Assembly (NCBI GenBank): GCA_040222015.1 | Contig: JAVJWO010000178.1 | Coordinates: 1-64,000 of the forward strand | From: Coleofasciculus chthonoplastes F2-STO-03 | Lineage (GTDB): Bacteria > Cyanobacteriota > Cyanobacteriia > Cyanobacteriales > Coleofasciculaceae | DNA length: 64,000 nucleotides | Direction of reading: 5' to 3' | Part shown: in pieces, positions 46,170 to 57,003 of the stretch | Layout of the letters: each line of letters begins with the position of its first letter | Position numbering within the stretch: the stretch's first letter is position 1 | Program-made: the position numbers and the translations under genes | The notes under the pieces: generated by a model | The model's database searches: none | What the model was told of the DNA's origin: nothing | What the model saw: the letters and a program-made list of their open reading frames with translations, nothing else

Positions 46170-46658
46170 ATGACCTATAAAAGAATATTAGTCGCCCTTG
46201 ACCATTCCCCTCAAACTGAGGGAATCTTTACCCAAGCCCTAGATATAGCGAAACAAGAAAATGCAGCCTTGATGCTCTTTCATTGCTTGCCTATAGAAAA
46301 CCAAGGTGTAGGTTTTTATGGAGATATGTTTGGTAGAGAATTGATTGACTTCTCCCGTCGTATGCAAGAAAAAATGAGAAAGGAAACGGATGAAACTCAA
46401 AAATGGCTATCTGGCTATTGTCAGAAGTCAACAGATGAAGGTGTGGCAACAGAATGGACGTGTAAAATTGGAGATGCTGGCAGTGCAATTCGAGACTTGG
46501 TAAAAAGTTGGGATGCTGATTTAGTGGTTATTGGTCGTCGAGGTCGTCGGGGTTTAACTGAAGTGCTTTTAGGCAGTGTCAGTAATCATGTTCTTCACCA
46601 TGTTGCTTGTTCCGTTTTAGTGGTGCAAGGGGTGGCGAATGAAACGTCGGAAACCTAG
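46170..46658 (+). CDS. Universal stress protein
   Basis: YKRILVALD, DLVVIGRRG..GL..VLLGSVS. Confidence 0.92.
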   Translation: MTYKRILVALDHSPQTEGIFTQALDIAKQENAALMLFHCLPIENQGVGFYGDMFGRELIDFSRRMQEKMRKETDETQKWLSGYCQKSTDEGVATEWTCKIGDAGSAIRDLVKSWDADLVVIGRRGRRGLTEVLLGSVSNHVLHHVACSVLVVQGVANETSET

Positions 46659-46746
46659 TTGGTCTTGTGTCATTGGTAAGCCTTTGACCTGTCTAAGTCT
46701 TTGATATCATCGAGTTTGGACAAAAATTTAACGTTAATTAGCGTCT

Positions 46747-47577
46747 ATGAACGATAAACTTAGGCTGAGAAGTTGGGTTAATTTCAAGAAACAGATGCTC
46801 AGTTTAACCCAGAGAATAAAATTAGCAGGGAATCACGGTGAGCCAACCAAGACGTTGACGCCAGGGAGAACATTGAGGTGGCAATCTTTAGTCAGTTTTA
46901 TCAGTGGTTTGTTAATCGTCATAGCATTGGGATGGCACAATCCGCCAGCATCGGCGCAAAGAATTAGTCAAGCCAAAATTGTAGAAATTTTAGGAGGAAA
47001 TCAAGCGTATATCCAAAACAAACCCGCCCAAGTTAATGCGGTGGCTACATTGGGACAAACAGTGAGTACCAAACAAGCCCGGGTAAATTTGCTGTTTAAT
47101 AACAATGCGGGGGTGCGACTCGGACAAAATTCGGCACTCACGGTGGGGAGTCGCTGTGTGCGGCTACGAAGTGGTAGAAGTGTCGTTTCGGGGGCGCAAG
47201 GATGTGTCGGTTCGATTACCGCTGTGACGCGGGGAACTGTTTATTTGATGGAAGTTGATGAAAATGAACAAGCACAAGTGAAGGTTTTACAGGGCGAAGT
47301 CGCCTTGAGCGAACGGTATAACCTGTGGAACCCCCAACCCATTTTGTTACGTCAAGGTCAAGGAATTAATATTAGTCCTGAGGGGGTGTTAGGGACGGTA
47401 ATAGATCTGTCAAAAGCCGAAATTGAAAAAATTGTCACCGGGGCGTTGTTTGAAGGGTTTAATATTGAAATTCCGGGAATTGATAAACTTGAAGAGGTTT
47501 TGAATGAGCAGTTTCCGCAACTAGAGATTCCAGATGTATTGAGAGATAATTTGCCGTCAATTCCCAATCCCTTTTAA
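46747..47577 (+). CDS. FecR-domain exported protein
   Basis: Signal-like segment, RLGQNS, AVTRGT, VKVLQGEV. Start uncertain. Confidence 0.75.
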   Translation: MNDKLRLRSWVNFKKQMLSLTQRIKLAGNHGEPTKTLTPGRTLRWQSLVSFISGLLIVIALGWHNPPASAQRISQAKIVEILGGNQAYIQNKPAQVNAVATLGQTVSTKQARVNLLFNNNAGVRLGQNSALTVGSRCVRLRSGRSVVSGAQGCVGSITAVTRGTVYLMEVDENEQAQVKVLQGEVALSERYNLWNPQPILLRQGQGINISPEGVLGTVIDLSKAEIEKIVTGALFEGFNIEIPGIDKLEEVLNEQFPQLEIPDVLRDNLPSIPNPF

Positions 47578-47594
47578 GTGTTGGAGTCAGGGCG

Positions 47595-49625
47595 ATGAAT
47601 CACTGGTGGCAATGGCTGGAAAAACAACGACGAAAACGCATCCGACGGCGTCGCCGGAGCCATTCCCAACCGTTTTGGCATCCAGAACGAATTGGTTTGA
47701 TGCTAATGGCATTCTGGGCGATTGTCGGTGCTGGAGTAACGGTTTGGCAGGGAACACTTATACAGCTAGCTGAACAGCAAAGCCAAAAGTGGTTCATTGA
47801 ATTACGTGGACCCGTTGTACCGCCTGAAGATATTGTCATTTTAGCGATTGATGATCAATCGTTGACGGCATCAGAACGCTACAGCAATCCGGTTGATCCG
47901 AATAAAGCCTTGGTTGTGGAGTTGCTAACACCACCGTTTCCCTGGAAGCGAACCGCTTATGCTGAGGTGCTTGAACGTTTAATGGCGGCGGGTGCTAAGT
48001 CAGTATCCTTTGATTTACTGTTTGATCTTCCCAGTGGGTATGGTGCTGAGGATGATCAGCCGTTTAAACAAGCATTAACTCAATATAGCGATCGCATCGT
48101 GCTAGCGGCTGTCTATGAAGATACCATTGATCCCCAAGGTTTTACCACCTTTGAGTTGTATAAGCCGTTACCAGAACTTTATCCAGATTCGGTGCAACTG
48201 GGTTTAGTCAACTTTTTACCCCCAGAGGTGGATGGGAATGTGTATCGGCTGGGGAATGAATACAGCCGGGAAATTCTGCAACCGTTGGGATTAGAAATGA
48301 TTCCTTCATTTGCTAAAGCTACCTTAGACGTGGCAAATGTTAACTATCCATCGCCAAAAGGAAGTCAGATTTTCTTCTACGGAACCCCAACTCAGAATCA
48401 AGGTGTTTTTACTACGATCCCCTTTTGGCAAGTTTTGGCATCTGATATATGGGACGTGCATTTACGAGAAGAAACCTTTAAAGACAAAATTGTTTTGATT
48501 GGCACAACAGCCGATGAACAAAATATCGGTGATTTTGTGCCGACACCTATCCAGTTAAACATGCCAGGGATTGAGCTTCATGCTAACGCGATCGCCACCT
48601 TAATGGAAGGACGTTCAATTGCTGTCGCCATCCCGAATCCGTGGCTAGAGGGATTGTTTGTGTTTGTCCTGGTTGGGGGAACCGCTATCCTGTTGTATAA
48701 ACTCCCCCGACGTACTGCGGCAAGCTTGTTTTGGGGATTGGGGATGGCAGGGATTTGGGTAGGACTAGCATTTTTAGGCTATAGCAGCGCCAGACTAATT
48801 TTTCCCATTGCCGTCCCTGCGATCGCGATGACTCTGAATAGTTTTTCTTACTTTACAGCACTTTTCATTGGGGATCAAATTGAAAAACGCCGCTTCCGCA
48901 GTACCTTAGAACGGTATGTCGCTGCACCTGTTGTTCAGGAAATTCTCAAGCAGCACGATGATTATCAGGAATTACTCAAAGGACGTAAATTAAAAGCCGC
49001 TATTTTATTCTCCGACATTCGCGGATTTACCACCCTCTCCTCCCAAATTTCACCTGTCCGATTAGTGCGACAACTGAATCGATATCTCAATGACATGGTT
49101 GAGGCGATTTTAGATGCTGGCGGTACCGTGGATAAATTTATTGGTGATGCAGTAATGGCAGAATTTGGCTGTCCAGTATCTGAGGGGGAAGAAACCGATG
49201 CGATGAATGCCATTCGTGCGGCATTAGGGATGCGAAAAGCCTTGCATCAGTTGCGCGAGGAATGGCGTCAGGAAGAACGAATCCCATTATTTAATGGAAT
49301 TGGGATTAATTATGGGGAATTGATTGCTGGGGATATTGGTTCTCAGCGTCGTCGAGAATATGCGGTGATTGGTGATGCGGTGAATGTAGCCAGTCGAGTA
49401 GAGGGGTTAACGAAGAAATTTGGCACAGATATTTTGATTACTGATTCTCTGTATCAACTTGTCAAAGATGAGGTTGAGGTGGTGTCGGTAGGGGAAGAAG
49501 AAGTGCGAGGACGAGCGGGAACGGTGAAATTATATAGTTTAATTGGGTTAAAGGGTGAGTCGCCGCAATTGTATCAGCAGGTGCAGAGGGATTTACAGGA
49601 ATTTTTGCAGCAAAAAGAGAGTTAA
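47595..49625 (+). CDS. CHASE2-domain class III adenylate cyclase
   Basis: IVILAIDD, KDKIVLIG, MPGIELHANAI, 3 TM helices, FSDIRGFT, DKFIGDA, GDAVNVASR. Confidence 0.92.
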   Translation: MNHWWQWLEKQRRKRIRRRRRSHSQPFWHPERIGLMLMAFWAIVGAGVTVWQGTLIQLAEQQSQKWFIELRGPVVPPEDIVILAIDDQSLTASERYSNPVDPNKALVVELLTPPFPWKRTAYAEVLERLMAAGAKSVSFDLLFDLPSGYGAEDDQPFKQALTQYSDRIVLAAVYEDTIDPQGFTTFELYKPLPELYPDSVQLGLVNFLPPEVDGNVYRLGNEYSREILQPLGLEMIPSFAKATLDVANVNYPSPKGSQIFFYGTPTQNQGVFTTIPFWQVLASDIWDVHLREETFKDKIVLIGTTADEQNIGDFVPTPIQLNMPGIELHANAIATLMEGRSIAVAIPNPWLEGLFVFVLVGGTAILLYKLPRRTAASLFWGLGMAGIWVGLAFLGYSSARLIFPIAVPAIAMTLNSFSYFTALFIGDQIEKRRFRSTLERYVAAPVVQEILKQHDDYQELLKGRKLKAAILFSDIRGFTTLSSQISPVRLVRQLNRYLNDMVEAILDAGGTVDKFIGDAVMAEFGCPVSEGEETDAMNAIRAALGMRKALHQLREEWRQEERIPLFNGIGINYGELIAGDIGSQRRREYAVIGDAVNVASRVEGLTKKFGTDILITDSLYQLVKDEVEVVSVGEEEVRGRAGTVKLYSLIGLKGESPQLYQQVQRDLQEFLQQKES

Positions 49626-49789
49626 GGGACTTGCGTAAAAATAAAGTACCAGTTAGGCAAACTGTATTAATCAACTCAGTTTAGCTTGATTGGTATATTA
49701 TTAAGCTAAGTATTAGTAGCGAGCAAGATGCTCCCTAACAATAAACGGCATTCATCTGATGTCCTAATGACCCTGGCGACTGCTATAGA

Positions 49790-50638
49790 TCATAGCTGGC
49801 AATAGTTATTAAGGCTATCGGTTAGTGTTTGTTCAGGATTTGTCGCCGATTGTAAAGATTGCTGTGCTACCTCAGCAGTATCGCGATCCCTCCGCTCAAA
49901 GGCGACTGCAAATTCCCGCATCGCTTGACTCATGTTTCTGTACATTGTTACATAGCGTGATTGATAATTCAGTAAAGTTGGGTCGTTAAGGGAAAGACTC
50001 TCCATTTTTTTTGCTGCATTATTCATCGTTGCAACCGTTTCCCACATGGATTCAGAGGTGGAAAATTGGGTATTATCAAGTATTTTGCGAGCCTTACTTA
50101 CCGTTTCATTAACAACCTCAATGATTGTGTTACATTGTTCAAATAATGACTTGTTATTAGACTGACTACTCTGGGTAAAAGTTGTCTTATAACAAACACT
50201 ATTATCAGTTGCTAAGATACGTTCACAGAAAATCAGATCATCATCTGAATCAGGCTGCTCAACTCGGTTATACCAACTACTATCACGAATGTAGCTTTCT
50301 GCCTTTTCTCCATCTACAGTGACAGCATGTTGCTCGGTAAGAACATTGGTTAAAATTGTTGTTTTTTTGCCGTTAGACCAATGAAGTATCGTATAATGTT
50401 CCCCAGTACCGTAACCTTGAGAAATTACACAAGGTTGAATCAGGTCTAAAATATCACCTTGGAATAAGTAACAAATACCTAAACTATCGGGATAGGGTCG
50501 TGCTTCAGCTTTTTGCCCAACCCAAATTTGAGCGAACAACACTAGAAATGGCAAAATGCATATCCATCTATGTAACATTTCATTTATCTGAATTACATTA
50601 ATGAGGCTAGGGGATGATAAAGGAGTTCTACGGCTCAA
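49790..50638 (-). CDS. Exported hypothetical protein (Cys-containing N-domain plus helical C-domain)
   Basis: Signal peptide-like segment ending AEA/RP. The start is probably near 50578. Confidence 0.65.
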   Translation of the reverse strand: MSRRTPLSSPSLINVIQINEMLHRWICILPFLVLFAQIWVGQKAEARPYPDSLGICYLFQGDILDLIQPCVISQGYGTGEHYTILHWSNGKKTTILTNVLTEQHAVTVDGEKAESYIRDSSWYNRVEQPDSDDDLIFCERILATDNSVCYKTTFTQSSQSNNKSLFEQCNTIIEVVNETVSKARKILDNTQFSTSESMWETVATMNNAAKKMESLSLNDPTLLNYQSRYVTMYRNMSQAMREFAVAFERRDRDTAEVAQQSLQSATNPEQTLTDSLNNYCQL

Positions 50639-50907
50639 TAGTTTTTATTCATTTTAAGCGATTGTGCCTCTAAATCGCTGATGCAGACTTTTTGATAAAA
50701 GGTGGTATCGACAGAAGTCATCTTGGAACAGCTTTTCACCGACTCCAGACCGATAAAATTACGCCACCAACACCTGACGCGCGGCAGCTTCCATTAATTT
50801 CTCCCTGTTGTTAATGGATTGAGTTTTGCTTCGAGTTCTCCCTCACCAATACAGCACAAACCGCCTTGGACATTAACCAAGACGGCTTGCTTGGCGCTCC
50901 CTTGAGT

Positions 50908-50990
50908 ATGACAAATGACAAATGACGAATGACAAATGACAAATGACAAATGACAAATGACAAATGACGAATGACAAATGACATAAGACA
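50908..50990. repeat. STRR2-type heptamer array (TGACAAA)n
   Basis: About 11 tandem ATGACAA/ATGACGA units; a shorter copy lies at 29208-29235. Confidence 0.9.
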
Positions 50991-50996
50991 AATACC

Positions 50997-52130
50997 TTAA
51001 AAATCCACCCCTCGCTTCAAATCCACCCCTTTGTCACAATAATGCTTATGACAAATCATTTCCGAATGAACCGTCGCCAATTCAAAATAAGCGGGTTGAT
51101 TTTTACAACGACCTGTGATAATAACCTCCGTATCACGAGGTTTGCGTAACAGCGCCTCGACAATCGGTTCAACCTGCAACAATTCCAAGTCAACCGTCGG
51201 ATTCAGTTCATCCAGAATAATCGTTTTATACAACCCTGACGCTAACGCCGCCCTAGCAATTTCCCATCCCCGTTCCGCTTCCACATAATCCAAAATCTGC
51301 TGCTGTCCCCGCCAAACGATCGCATCTCGACCACAACGCTGATGATCTACCAGATTTGGGTAACTTTGACGCAATGCTGCGATCGCGGCGTCTTCGGTAT
51401 ATCCGCTTCCTCCCTTCAGCCATTGCATAATCATCACCCGGTGGGATTTATCTGTGCTAATTCCCCTACCAATGGCTTGTAACGCTTTCCCTAACGCATT
51501 AGTCGATTTTCCCTTCCCCGCACCGGTATAAATTTCGATTCCCTCAATCCCCTGTTCCCGAGAAACCGGGTGATCATGAGGAACCGACTCACTATGTAAA
51601 TCCGCCAAATCCAACAGCGCTGGCGGTGTTCCGCGTCCCGTGACAATCACTTCCAGAGACGGCGGTTTATTTTTCAGCGCTTGCACCACCTCCTCAACCG
51701 GGAGTAACCCCAAATCCAGCAACGGATTCAACTCATCCAGCACCACAACCGAATAGAGATTGGACGCGATCGCGCCTTTCGCCACATCCCAACCGCGCTG
51801 CGCCTCTAACTTGTCAAACCGCGTCACTTCCTCTTGGGTAAAAAACTCACTTCGTCCCGTGCGAACCTGATCAATCAAGTGAGGAAACGCCCGTCGCAAC
51901 GCCTCAATCGCCGCATCCTCATCATAGTTCCGTCCCGGTCCCTTAAGAAACTGTAACAATAAGACCCGACTGGATTCCGCACAGTTAATCCCCAAACCAA
52001 TTGAGCGCAAAACCACGCCCAATGCGGCTTGAGACTTCCCCTTACCGACGCCATCGTAAACATGAATCTGACCGGTGATGCGTTCTGTACGCTCAGCCGC
52101 CGTGCGAATACCAATACCTGTCCTAGTCAT
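50997..52130 (-). CDS. cobO: Cob(I)yrinic acid a,c-diamide adenosyltransferase (tandem-domain cyanobacterial type)
   Basis: Two repeats of Y.G.GKGKS..A.G, Q.LKG, LDELNP and TGR. Confidence 0.9.
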   Translation of the reverse strand: MTRTGIGIRTAAERTERITGQIHVYDGVGKGKSQAALGVVLRSIGLGINCAESSRVLLLQFLKGPGRNYDEDAAIEALRRAFPHLIDQVRTGRSEFFTQEEVTRFDKLEAQRGWDVAKGAIASNLYSVVVLDELNPLLDLGLLPVEEVVQALKNKPPSLEVIVTGRGTPPALLDLADLHSESVPHDHPVSREQGIEGIEIYTGAGKGKSTNALGKALQAIGRGISTDKSHRVMIMQWLKGGSGYTEDAAIAALRQSYPNLVDHQRCGRDAIVWRGQQQILDYVEAERGWEIARAALASGLYKTIILDELNPTVDLELLQVEPIVEALLRKPRDTEVIITGRCKNQPAYFELATVHSEMICHKHYCDKGVDLKRGVDF

Positions 52131-52402
52131 TGACGATCCTTGAGAATCTACCCCAACTCAGTTTAACCATACAACCGGGAATGGTAAGAATAACATTCAC
52201 CGTCTTATCCCAGCCAATCTAATATAGTATAAACAAGCCAGACGGTTATCCCTGTCACGGTTAGGGGGAAGAAAGCAGAATGTTAGAGGCTCCAAGGATG
52301 TAACGTTTATCCTCTCTACTTATCCATCTGTTTTTAACGGCTGCTTCCTTTGCCGCCGCACTCGACGAGGCACTGATACCATCGATTAAACGGAAACAAA
52401 CC

Positions 52403-52990
52403 ATGATCATAGATAACATAACTCTTGTTTTACCCCTACAACTGATTTTATTTCAAGTCTTATTCCTGTTAGTCACGATCGCCCTAGAATCCCGCGTCTT
52501 TCACCGACGGCTAAACCTCACTCGCAAAAACAGCGTGCAATATGCCACATCGCTGAATTTATGGAGCGTTGTTATTGGTTGGTTAACCTTTTTAATTCTA
52601 GGAACTTCGTTGCCTCAAGTTTTACAGATTCAAATTGTTAGCTTTATTTTTTTCGATCATCCAATAGGCAGTCAATTAGATAAAGCAGATCCTCGAATAA
52701 TTTTTATCGGCATCGTAATTTTCTTTTTCAGTTTTCTGATTAAAATAATCGGATTTGAGTTGATAAAAATATGGATTCATGAGCAGCCGGAACAATTTGA
52801 CACAAGTTCTGATGTATCGAACAAAAGACCCAGATTATTCAATCAACCTAAGCGGAAGATCACCAGAAATAAACCCAATCCAGCCTTGGCTGTGCTACTG
52901 GCTAATGCCTATAGTTACAGTGCTATTTTGCTGCTTTTAGTATTACGCTTTATGGACGTGAATGTTCTTAACTTGAATATTGCATTCTAA
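52403..52990 (+). CDS. fraC: Filament integrity protein FraC
   Basis: LPLQLILFQVLFLLVTIALE, YATSLNL and ANAYS motifs; first gene of a fraCDE arrangement. Confidence 0.85.
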   Translation: MIIDNITLVLPLQLILFQVLFLLVTIALESRVFHRRLNLTRKNSVQYATSLNLWSVVIGWLTFLILGTSLPQVLQIQIVSFIFFDHPIGSQLDKADPRIIFIGIVIFFFSFLIKIIGFELIKIWIHEQPEQFDTSSDVSNKRPRLFNQPKRKITRNKPNPALAVLLANAYSYSAILLLLVLRFMDVNVLNLNIAF

Positions 52991-53071
52991 CCTATACCTA
53001 CGTCTCCTGAACTATTTGCAGGACGTTCTAATTCTCCCCAACACTCTCACCATTATTTTCAGAGTAAACCG

Positions 53072-54100
53072 ATGATCAGGAAAATTTTTGATAATTTATT
53101 AAATTGGGTAAACAACTTACTGAAAACCCTATTCGGAGTCTTTAACCCTGACACAGCTTTCTCTTGGCAGACCCTAATCGGGCTAAGTGTTTTCTCGTGG
53201 GCAATGTCATTTCTGGCAACGAGTATTTTTACAATTCTATTAGCGAGTTTTAGTTGGTGGTTTCTAATTTTAGGTGTCTATTGGGCAACAACTAGCAATA
53301 AAAGCTTAAGCATTGGTAAAGTACTCTTAAGTCCCTGGATTACGGGAGCGCTGATTACCATTTATATTTTTGGCATTATTACAGGCGAATTATCAGCCTA
53401 TGCTTTAGTCGTCTGGCCCCTAATATCAGCAGTGATTGCAGCATTACCCACTTGTTTAGGTGAGAATTTTCAACCCAAAATTCCCGATAGAGACAAACGT
53501 CAACCGCTGGTGTGGCTATTCACGACTCAGTTGATACTAAGTAGTTGGTTTCAATTCTATTTTTTGCTACAAAACTGGTTAGTTCAATATCCCACAATCG
53601 CCGCTGATACGTTTGAGAAAAGTGCCTTTGTTGTCAGACTATCAACCGAGGAATCGAGGCAAAGGCTACCCCGTGGGACGACTATTTTGGATTTGATAGC
53701 ATCTCGCTTAGAAGAACAGCTCAATAACCAAGAGTGGTCAGATGTCGAACAAATTCTTCTAATTCGAGAACGCGAAAAACTGGATCAGCTAATTAAGCAG
53801 ATTGACGCCCAAGTGAGGCAAGAAATTGACTCACCCGATATCAAAGAAGACAATTTGTGGCAAGTGAGTCTTGGAGAGATTTCACTGCGGGAGTCGGGGT
53901 ATAACTTACAATTAAACACCCTTTGGCAAGGTCCGCGATCGCAAATTCAACCAAACTTACTCACCAAGTCTTGTCAGATAATATCCGTCAATCGCCAAAC
54001 TGACATCGGTATTAGTCTTGTCAGTCAGATAGAATGTGATCCGGTAGAAGGATGGCGCGTCGCTGAACCGATTGTTACCTCTCAATCACCAACTCTATAA
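53072..54100 (+). CDS. fraD: Septal junction protein FraD
   Basis: AFSWQTLI, SPWITGAL and SWFQFYFLLQNWLVQYP; 5 TM helices plus a periplasmic domain; synteny with fraC. Confidence 0.85.
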   Translation: MIRKIFDNLLNWVNNLLKTLFGVFNPDTAFSWQTLIGLSVFSWAMSFLATSIFTILLASFSWWFLILGVYWATTSNKSLSIGKVLLSPWITGALITIYIFGIITGELSAYALVVWPLISAVIAALPTCLGENFQPKIPDRDKRQPLVWLFTTQLILSSWFQFYFLLQNWLVQYPTIAADTFEKSAFVVRLSTEESRQRLPRGTTILDLIASRLEEQLNNQEWSDVEQILLIREREKLDQLIKQIDAQVRQEIDSPDIKEDNLWQVSLGEISLRESGYNLQLNTLWQGPRSQIQPNLLTKSCQIISVNRQTDIGISLVSQIECDPVEGWRVAEPIVTSQSPTL

Positions 54101-54149
54101 ATTATCGATGCAACCAATGAGTTGACATAAGACAAAGGACATCAGACAA

Positions 54150-54932
54150 ATGGCAACAAAAACTGTAGGTAGAATTTGGACAATTGCGACAAATGGGTTT
54201 CAGGAAGTCATTCGCGATCGCATCTTTTATGTGATTGGCTTTTTTGCCCTGCTGTTGGTCGTTGCGTTACCACTATTGAGGGAAGTAGCCGCCACCACAG
54301 AAGATAAAATATTTATGGATTTAGGTTTAGCCGCGATTGGGGTTTTGGGAGTCTTGGTTGCCATATTTGTTGGCACAGGTTTGATTAATAAGGAAATCGA
54401 AAAACGCACCGTGTTGGTTTTAATTCCCAAACCTATCTCACGAGCAGAATTAATTATTGGCAAGCATTTAGGGTTACTGGGAGTATTAGCGGTTTTGGTT
54501 ATCGCCATGACAGCTATTTACTTAGCTCTCCTCAGTTTCAATGGCATTAATTACCCCTTAGCTAGCCTACTGATTTCAGAGCTTTATCAGTTTTTAGAGT
54601 TAAGCCTAATTGTCGCCGTAGCGCTAATGTTTGGTGTGTTTACCAGCTCAATCCTAGCCACACTCCTAACCGTTGGCATTTACTTAATGGGACATTTGAG
54701 TCGCGATGTGCAGGAGTTAGGCAAACTCAGCGAAAATGCGACGATTGAGACGATAACCCAAGGTCTTTACCTAATCTTACCCGATTTATCCCGTCTAAAT
54801 TTGAAAAATGAGGCAGTCTATGGCTTGCTTCCTTCCTCTGTACAGCTTTTAGAACATGCCACTTATGCCATACTCTACACGATCTTGCTGCTTGCGATCG
54901 CGATTCTGATTTTCTCTCGACGTGAGTTTTAA
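54150..54932 (+). CDS. fraE: ABC-2 type permease FraE
   Basis: FQEVIRDR, INKEIEKRT, IFSRREF; synteny with fraCD. Confidence 0.8.
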   Translation: MATKTVGRIWTIATNGFQEVIRDRIFYVIGFFALLLVVALPLLREVAATTEDKIFMDLGLAAIGVLGVLVAIFVGTGLINKEIEKRTVLVLIPKPISRAELIIGKHLGLLGVLAVLVIAMTAIYLALLSFNGINYPLASLLISELYQFLELSLIVAVALMFGVFTSSILATLLTVGIYLMGHLSRDVQELGKLSENATIETITQGLYLILPDLSRLNLKNEAVYGLLPSSVQLLEHATYAILYTILLLAIAILIFSRREF

Positions 54933-55186
54933 TTGGGGATTGAGTGTCCCTTCACTTCGCTCAATACAACCGACTTTGTAGGGGCGGGTTTAGGAACTCT
55001 CTTGTCGCGATTGATAGTAACTTTAGTACAAAACCCGGTCTGTAGGGGCGGGTTTAGGAACTTTCTGTTGGCTATTGATGGTAACGTTTGTACAAAACCC
55101 GCCCTGACTAAGTGTTGAGTTAACTACCCCATCTCCCTCATCTCCCCCATCTCCCCCATCTTCCTCAACTCCCCCTGTTCCCTAGT

Positions 55187-55798
55187 TCATGTATTGACAA
55201 AAATAAAATCCCGCACAATTTCCACCACTTCAGGTGCAATCTCATGCCCCATATCCACCTCTTTGTACTGCATCGGGGCACCTAGCGCTAGTAAATAATC
55301 CCGCAATCGATGAGCCACTCTCAAAGGCACAACATTATCTTGTCTACCATGAACGATTAAAACAGGGGGCAAGGGAGGTTCAATCTCTTGAGGCGTGCGA
55401 TGCCAATAACCACTCATTGACACTAAACCCGCCAAGGGTAAATGTAACCCAACATCTAGAGCCATGGCTCCCCCTTGAGAAAAGCCCATTATAATCGTAG
55501 AGCCAAGAGGAATACCGGTGAGACTTTCCAAAGACTTTAGCCAGTCTGTCAATAGACGCTGACTTTGTGCCAATCCTTGATAATCTTCTCGTTCCAAGTC
55601 ATACCACATATAGCCTCCAGCCACCTGTGGGTGAGCAAAGGGTGCATTAGGTAGCAAGACATGGTAGTTAGATAGAGCCAATTCTGGCACTAGAGGTTGC
55701 AAATCTTTAGCATTAGCTCCCCAGCCATGCAAAACCACAACCAGTCCCACTGGTTGTTTAACTGTAGCTGGTGGAATTGAAATCGTCTCCAAAGACAG
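55187..55798 (-). CDS. Phospholipase/carboxylesterase (alpha/beta hydrolase)
   Basis: LHGWGAN, GFSQGG, HGRQDNVV, MGHEI. The start is probably CTG 55798 or TTG 55792. Confidence 0.88.
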   Translation of the reverse strand: MSLETISIPPATVKQPVGLVVVLHGWGANAKDLQPLVPELALSNYHVLLPNAPFAHPQVAGGYMWYDLEREDYQGLAQSQRLLTDWLKSLESLTGIPLGSTIIMGFSQGGAMALDVGLHLPLAGLVSMSGYWHRTPQEIEPPLPPVLIVHGRQDNVVPLRVAHRLRDYLLALGAPMQYKEVDMGHEIAPEVVEIVRDFIFVNT

Positions 55799-56233
55799 GG
55801 GCTTACTCCTGAAAAATTTAACGTGTGATTTGACTGGGGTTACACATACTTTGGCAATTCCCAATCCCCATCGATAGCTTAACTATTGTTTGTATTATAC
55901 CTGTGAGGATGAATACCATGAAAACAAGTTTTCTCATAAGACGCGATTCATTCGCCACTATCGCTTCCTTGTCAGTAGAGATAGTCTCGCCGGATCGGGA
56001 TAAACGATCGCATTAAGTGACTTATTGTTTGTCATGGAATGCCTAAATTTCTCTGACAGTGGCGTTCTCTGGCGTTCAACCCGAGAAGATATAGCAGATA
56101 TTGACAAAAAAATTTATCCTTCGTCCTGGAAAGACGGAGGACAGAATCATGAAGCTCAAAACGGCTGCATCTAAGATCTGGCTTTGGCTAGTCCAGATCC
56201 TGAAGTTCTTGCAGAAGTCGGCGATCTAGTTCC

Positions 56234-56890
56234 TCACCACTCAGCAACATTTTTAAAGCTACCTGGTTTAATAATAATGTGGCGATCGCTGTCAAAGCTA
56301 ATCTTGCCCTGATTTTTTAACTTGTTCAGGAGTCGGGTGACGGTTACACGAGTCGTACCGATCGCATTGGCAAGGTTTTGGTGCGTCAGGCGCATCTTCA
56401 AACGAGTCCCTTCGGGTACAGGTTGACCCATTTCCTGTTGCATCAACCGCAACAAGTGTTTTAAACGATCTTCAACTCGACGCTGACCCGCGATCGCTAG
56501 GAGTGCCTCAGTTTGGCGTATCCGGTGGACGATTTGCGGTAATATCATCTGAGCCAATCGCGGTGAAGCATTGATCTCCTCTATAGAAAACCAAATCAGA
56601 TGTACGTCAGACAATGCCGTCGCTTGGTAAGCACTCAGCAGAGAAAACCAACGACCAAAAAACATTGAAGGCTCTGCCCAACCTAGCCACACTTCTTCCC
56701 CATTTTGGCAAAGCGTACTGAGCTGAACTAAACCTTGGCAAACCTGCCAAACTCCTTGAGAAATTATGGGGATTTTGTCGCCTTTAGCATAAAAATGCAA
56801 TCGACGTGAATCTTGAAGTTCGGCTTGACCAAGAGATTGAGTCGGGTTTACGTCCAAAACGGATCGGGAAGTTGGAATCATGGGCTGCAA
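56234..56890 (-). CDS. Crp/Fnr family transcriptional regulator
   Basis: RLTHQNLANAIGTTRVTVTRLL HTH. Confidence 0.9.
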   Translation of the reverse strand: MQPMIPTSRSVLDVNPTQSLGQAELQDSRRLHFYAKGDKIPIISQGVWQVCQGLVQLSTLCQNGEEVWLGWAEPSMFFGRWFSLLSAYQATALSDVHLIWFSIEEINASPRLAQMILPQIVHRIRQTEALLAIAGQRRVEDRLKHLLRLMQQEMGQPVPEGTRLKMRLTHQNLANAIGTTRVTVTRLLNKLKNQGKISFDSDRHIIIKPGSFKNVAEW

Positions 56891-57003
56891 CTCTCTCCAG
56901 CCAGATTTTTACAAGCTGGTATAGCAGGGCAGCTCTACTGTAAGCAATCAAGGTAAAGGCTCGGTAAGCAACAGATTAAATCATCTCCATATCTAATGTT
57001 ATG

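Noticed and set aside
50794..50991. 65-aa ORF with VICHSSF repeats
   Set aside because: It is a translation of the STRR heptamer array.
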